A stretch of 11,227 nucleotides of DNA. Source: a virus. Taxonomy: Duplodnaviria > Heunggongvirae > Uroviricota > Caudoviricetes. How positions within the stretch are numbered: the first letter of the stretch is position 1; every line of letters starts with the position of its first letter. The position numbers and the translations under genes were made by a program. The stretch lies in IMG/VR virus record IMGVR_UViG_2913157538_000006, one strand, 5' to 3'. The notes below the pieces were generated by a model. The model did no database searches and was not told the origin of the DNA. It saw only the letters and a list, made by a program, of their open reading frames with translations. Positions 8,088 to 11,227 of the stretch are shown here, piece by piece.

Positions 8088-8240
8088 TTATCTGACGGAT
8101 CATGTTTTGATTTTACTGACGGATCCCCGCCAGATTCTGACGGGTGAAAACCCGATTTTTTGCCAGATTTCGACGCATCAAATTTTGACGGGTCAGATTT
8201 TGATGCGTCAGATTTTGACGGGTCAGAGTCTGACAGTTGA
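8088..8240. repeat. Iteron-like direct repeat array (about 8 copies, 15-bp period)
   Basis: Five tandem 15-mers at 8166-8240 (GATTTCGACGCATCA, AATTTTGACGGGTCA, GATTTTGATGCGTCA, GATTTTGACGGGTCA, GAGTCTGACAGTTGA), preceded by three more copies with TGACGG cores at 8093, 8117 and 8138. Confidence 0.75.
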
Positions 8241-8320
8241 GAAAATGCCGCTGCCTGAAGCTTCGCAACGTTAAGCTGATAAACATTCGACGCATTGCGG
8301 TTATGATGAGGAGCAGCAAA

Positions 8321-8683
8321 ATGGCTAGCGAACGCAGTACTGATGTGCAGGCATTTATCGGGGAGCTGGACGGCGGCGTATTTGAAACCAAAATCGGCGC
8401 AGTTCTCAGTGAAGTCGCTTCCGGTGTGATGAACACGAAAACCAAAGGTAAGGTCTCACTCAACCTGGAAATCGAACCATTTGATGAGAACCGTCTGAAA
8501 ATCAAACACAAACTCTCATATGTTCGCCCGACTAACCGTGGGAAAATTTCCGAAGAAGACACCACCGAAACGCCGATGTATGTCAATCGCGGTGGTCGCC
8601 TGACTATTCTGCAGGAAGACCAGGGACAATTACTGACTCTTGCCGGTGAGCCTGACGGAAAACTCCGCGCAGCAGGTCATTAA
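8321..8683 (+). CDS. yfdP: Hypothetical prophage protein
   Basis: 120 aa from the ATG at 8321, with GAGGAG 8 nt upstream. The ORF track starts at an upstream alternative start (8237) that lacks an RBS. No recognisable motif. Confidence 0.75.
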   Translation: MASERSTDVQAFIGELDGGVFETKIGAVLSEVASGVMNTKTKGKVSLNLEIEPFDENRLKIKHKLSYVRPTNRGKISEEDTTETPMYVNRGGRLTILQEDQGQLLTLAGEPDGKLRAAGH

Positions 8684-8748
8684 TATCATTCTTAATTAAC
8701 TAATTATTTATCTCATCACTGAATATCTTAATATAGTGAGGACTTATT

Positions 8749-9573
8749 ATGTCTCAGAACTTAGACGCAACCGCAATTAATCAAATCCATGCCCTTATTT
8801 CTGCTCAGGGTGTTAATGAAATTATCAGTAAGATTGGTGCCGATGCTGTGGCATTGCCTGAGAATTTCCGCATTCATGATCTGGAAAAATTTAATTTAAA
8901 TCGCTTCCGTTTCCGTGGTGCGCTTTCCACTGCCAGCATCGATGACTTTACCCGTTATTCTAAAGATCTTGCAGATGAAGGCACCCGCTGCTTTATCGAT
9001 GCTGATAATATGCGTGCCGTCAGTGTGCTTAACCTGGGTACTATTGATGAACCAGGTCACGCAGATAACACCGCCACTCTCAAACTGAAAAAGACAGCAC
9101 CGTTCTCTGCCCTGTTGTCTGTTAACGGCGAGCGTAACTCCCAGAAATCACTGGCAGAATGGATTGAAGACTGGGCCGACTACCTTGTGGGCTTTGATGC
9201 TAATGGTGACGCCATTCAGGCAACAAAAGCGGCTGCGGCAATCCGTAAAATCACGATTGAAGCAAACCAGACCGCTGATTTTGAAGATAATGACTTCAGC
9301 GGCAAACGCTCCCTGATGGAATCTGTCGAAGCGAAGACCAAAGACATTATGCCAGTGGCATTTGAATTTAAATGCGTTCCGTTTGAAGGTCTGAAAGAAC
9401 GTCCGTTTAAATTACGCCTCAGCATTATCACTGGCGATCGTCCTGTACTGGTTCTGCGCATTATTCAGCTGGAAGCGGTGCAGGAAGATATGGCTAACGA
9501 ATTTCGTGATCTGCTTGTTGAGAAATTCAAAGACAGCAAAGTAGAAACCTTTATTGGTACTTTCACCGCCTGA
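8749..9573 (+). CDS. yfdQ: Hypothetical prophage protein (YfdQ-like; family name recalled as DUF2303, unverified)
   Basis: 274-aa ORF with good coding character and GTGAGGA about 7 nt upstream of the ATG. No catalytic motif recognised. Confidence 0.85.
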
Positions 9574-9585
9574 TTTCATTACTGC

Positions 9586-9607
9586 AAATGCCCCTGCGGG
9601 GGCATTT
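9586..9607. terminator. Stem-loop downstream of yfdQ (weak terminator or RNA stability element)
   Basis: AAATGCCCC (9586-9594), short loop, GGGGCATTT (9599-9607): a 9-bp perfect stem 13 nt after the yfdQ stop. No convincing U-tract follows. Confidence 0.3.
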
Positions 9608-9700
9608 ATGGAAACGTAATTAACTCAATAATCACCGGATGGTGAGGGCTTCCTTTTACCCAAACTCAGCGCGGTGCAGCGCATATACGTGGAGAACAAA

Positions 9701-10237
9701 ATGTCATTTATTAAAACTTTTTCCGGGAAGCATTTTTATTATGACAAGATAAATAAAGACGACATCGTGATTAACGATATCGCGGTTTCCCTTTCAAATA
9801 TCTGCCGCTTTGCCGGTCATCTTTCTCACTTCTACAGTGTCGCCCAACATGCGGTGCTTTGCAGCCAGCTGGTGCCGCAGGAATTTGCTTTTGAAGCATT
9901 AATGCATGATGCAACAGAAGCGTATTGCCAGGACATCCCCGCACCACTGAAACGCCTTCTTCCTGACTATAAACGGATGGAAGAAAAAATAGATGCAGTA
10001 ATCCGTGAGAAATACGGGTTACCTCCTGTTATGAGCACGCCAGTGAAATATGCCGATCTCATTATGCTGGCAACCGAACGCCGTGATCTCGGGCTTGATG
10101 ATGGCTCTTTCTGGCCTGTACTGGAAGGCATCCCGGCAACAGAGATGTTCAACGTGATTCCACTGGCACCGGGTCATGCCTACGGGATGTTTATGGAACG
10201 TTTTAACGATTTATCGGAGTTACGCAAATGCGCATGA
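9701..10237 (+). CDS. yfdR: HD-domain phosphohydrolase (YfbR-like 5'-deoxynucleotidase family)
   Basis: 178 aa from the ATG at 9701 (GGAGA at 9691-9695). HD-domain signature residues are present: H in SVAQHAVL, HD in ALMHDATEAY, and a later D in YADLIMLATERRD. The ORF track starts 9 codons upstream at 9674. Confidence 0.85.
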   Translation: MSFIKTFSGKHFYYDKINKDDIVINDIAVSLSNICRFAGHLSHFYSVAQHAVLCSQLVPQEFAFEALMHDATEAYCQDIPAPLKRLLPDYKRMEEKIDAVIREKYGLPPVMSTPVKYADLIMLATERRDLGLDDGSFWPVLEGIPATEMFNVIPLAPGHAYGMFMERFNDLSELRKCA

Positions 10238-10590
10238 ATGTTTTCGAAATGGAAGGGTTTCTTCGCGGGAAATGTGTACCGCGAGATCTGAAAGTGAACG
10301 AAACAAATGCTGAGTACCTGGTACGTAAATTCGACGCGCTTGAAGCTAAATGTGCGGCACTGGAAAACAAAATAATACCAGTGTCAGCTGAACTGCCACC
10401 AGCAAATGAAAGTGTTCTGTTATTTGATGCTAACGGAGAAGGCTGGCTGATTGGCTGGCGTTCTCTCTGGTACACCTGGGGACAAAAAGAAACCGGAGAA
10501 TGGCAGTGGACATTTCAGGTTGGGGACCTTGAAAACGTCAATATCACTCACTGGGCAGTAATGCCAAAAGCACCGGAGGCTGGAGCATAA
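10228..10590 (+). CDS. yfdS: Hypothetical prophage protein (C-terminal motif reminiscent of DUF551-type phage proteins)
   Basis: 120 aa with GGAG 8 nt upstream. Overlaps the yfdR 3' end by 10 nt. Ends ... NITHWAVMPKAPEAGA; the domain assignment is recalled, not searched. Confidence 0.82.
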   Translation: MRMNVFEMEGFLRGKCVPRDLKVNETNAEYLVRKFDALEAKCAALENKIIPVSAELPPANESVLLFDANGEGWLIGWRSLWYTWGQKETGEWQWTFQVGDLENVNITHWAVMPKAPEAGA

Positions 10591-10895
10591 TGACCACATT
10601 TACCAATAAAGAACTGATTAAAGAAATCAAAGAACGAATCAGCAGCCTAGAGGTTCGAGACGATATTGAGCGCCGTGCTTATGAAATCGCACTCGTATCT
10701 CTGGAAGTAGAGCCAGATGAACGCGAAGCCTATGAATTATTCATGGAAAAGCGTTTCGGTGACTTAGTAGATCGTCGGAGAGCAAAAAACGGCGATAACG
10801 AATACATGGCATGGGATATGACTCTCGGTTGGATCATCTGGCAGCAACGAGCTGGTATCCATTTTTCAACAATGTCACAACAAGAGGTGAAATAA
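10590..10895 (+). CDS. yfdT: Hypothetical prophage protein
   Basis: 101 aa. Start overlaps the yfdS stop (TAATG at 10588-10592) with GGAGG/GGAG just upstream, indicating translational coupling. Confidence 0.82.
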   Translation: MTTFTNKELIKEIKERISSLEVRDDIERRAYEIALVSLEVEPDEREAYELFMEKRFGDLVDRRRAKNGDNEYMAWDMTLGWIIWQQRAGIHFSTMSQQEVK

Positions 10896-10991
10896 TAGAG
10901 CCATACAGCCTCACACTCGATGAGGCCTGTCAGTTTCTTAAAATATCCTGATCTACCATCGCCGTCATAGAGCGTATTTTTATTACCTGAT

Positions 10992-11007
10992 TTGCAGGTT
11001 CGATTCC
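10992..11007 (+). other. tRNA T-arm-like 16-mer (TTGCAGGTTCGATTCC), not a complete tRNA
   Basis: Contains the canonical T-loop GGTTCGATTCC preceded by TTGCA. The following bases (CTATTCGG) cannot form the complementary T-stem. It matches my recollection of the tRNA-Arg (argW) T-arm up to the base before the 3' terminal segment. Confidence 0.45.
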
Positions 11008-11026
11008 CTATTCGGAGATAGCACTC

Positions 11027-11227
11027 ATGCAACACGAACTACAGCCTGATTCACTGGTTGATTTGAAATTCATCATGGCTGATACTGGCTTTGGTAAAAC
11101 CTTCATCTATGACCGGATTAAGTCAGGCGACCTGCCAAAAGCCAAAGTTATCCACGGGCGAGCAAGATGGTTATATCGTGACCATTGTGAATTCAAAAAT
11201 AAGCTCTTAAGCCGCGCCAATGGGTAA
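11027..11227 (+). CDS. torI: Excisionase / recombination directionality factor (Tor inhibition protein)
   Basis: 66 aa (MQHELQPDSLVDLKFIMADTGFGKTFIYDRIKSGDLPKAKVIHGRARWLYRDHCEFKNKLLSRANG), a small basic winged-helix protein typical of Xis-type factors, with GGAGA about 9 nt upstream. Sits at the end of the element opposite the integrase. Confidence 0.88.
   Translation: MQHELQPDSLVDLKFIMADTGFGKTFIYDRIKSGDLPKAKVIHGRARWLYRDHCEFKNKLLSRANG

Noticed and set aside
6895-8147. Plus-strand ORFs 6895-7107, 7061-7333, 7379-7564, 7805-8029 and 7878-8147, and minus-strand ORF 7576-7833
   Set aside because: All overlap the minus-strand yfdM, yfdN and yfdO coding frames, which have better coding character and linked start/stop codons. 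No RBS or motif supports them.
8088-8240. Possible CRISPR array, because of the short tandem repeats
   Set aside because: Units are 15 bp and directly abutting with no unique spacers, there is no leader or cas gene, and the repeats lie within an open reading frame. Iterons explain them better.
8113-8586. Minus-strand 157-aa ORF antisense to yfdP
   Set aside because: It is in a different frame from yfdO; its C-terminus is just the iteron repeats translated (TRQNL repeats) and its body is antisense to yfdP, which has a strong RBS. Judged spurious, although the separate yfdO-frame openness is reported as a finding.
10980-11010. Possible complete tRNA gene or the attR core
   Set aside because: Only a T-arm-like 16-mer is present. 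No acceptor stem, D-arm or anticodon arm can be formed from the flanking sequence, and the expected 3' terminal tRNA segment (CTGCAGGGGACACCA as recalled) does not occur anywhere in the window.
9216-11035. Minus-strand ORFs 9216-9461, 9967-10152, 10203-10475 and 10730-11035
   Set aside because: Antisense to yfdQ, yfdR, yfdS and yfdT, with arginine/serine-rich low-complexity translations. The last one also crosses the intergenic region before torI and lacks a start signal.

Overview
No tools were run; everything below comes from reading the sequence and the supplied ORF track, and all family and gene names are recalled, not searched. The window reads as a nearly complete small cryptic prophage of the enterobacterial CPS-53/KplE1 type, running from a P4-like tyrosine integrase at the left edge (1-1158) to the excisionase-like torI at the right edge (11027-11227). 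In between are: (1) an O-antigen glucosylation cassette gtrA-gtrB-gtrS, with gtrB split by a complete 1258-bp IS3 copy (1757-3014) flanked by a TTG target duplication; (2) an AT-rich block (3848 to about 5500) holding gtrS and an unassigned 300-bp tail; (3) a relic tail-fibre module with two convergent, overlapping tail-fibre-assembly genes and a tail-fibre C-terminal fragment; (4) a Dam-type methyltransferase truncated just after its NPPY motif; (5) a PerC-like protein and a replication-initiator C-terminal fragment (yfdO) whose reading frame stays open upstream through a 15-bp-period iteron array (8088-8240); (6) a plus-strand block of five small uncharacterised genes (yfdP, yfdQ, yfdR, yfdS, yfdT), one of them an HD-domain hydrolase. 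No rRNA, complete tRNA or CRISPR array is present, and the att core sites appear to lie outside the window. I did not find a clearly novel system; the best candidates for follow-up are the iteron-containing open frame upstream of yfdO, the yfdP-to-yfdT block, the unassigned AT-rich segment 5180-5500, and a tRNA T-arm-like 16-mer just upstream of torI.
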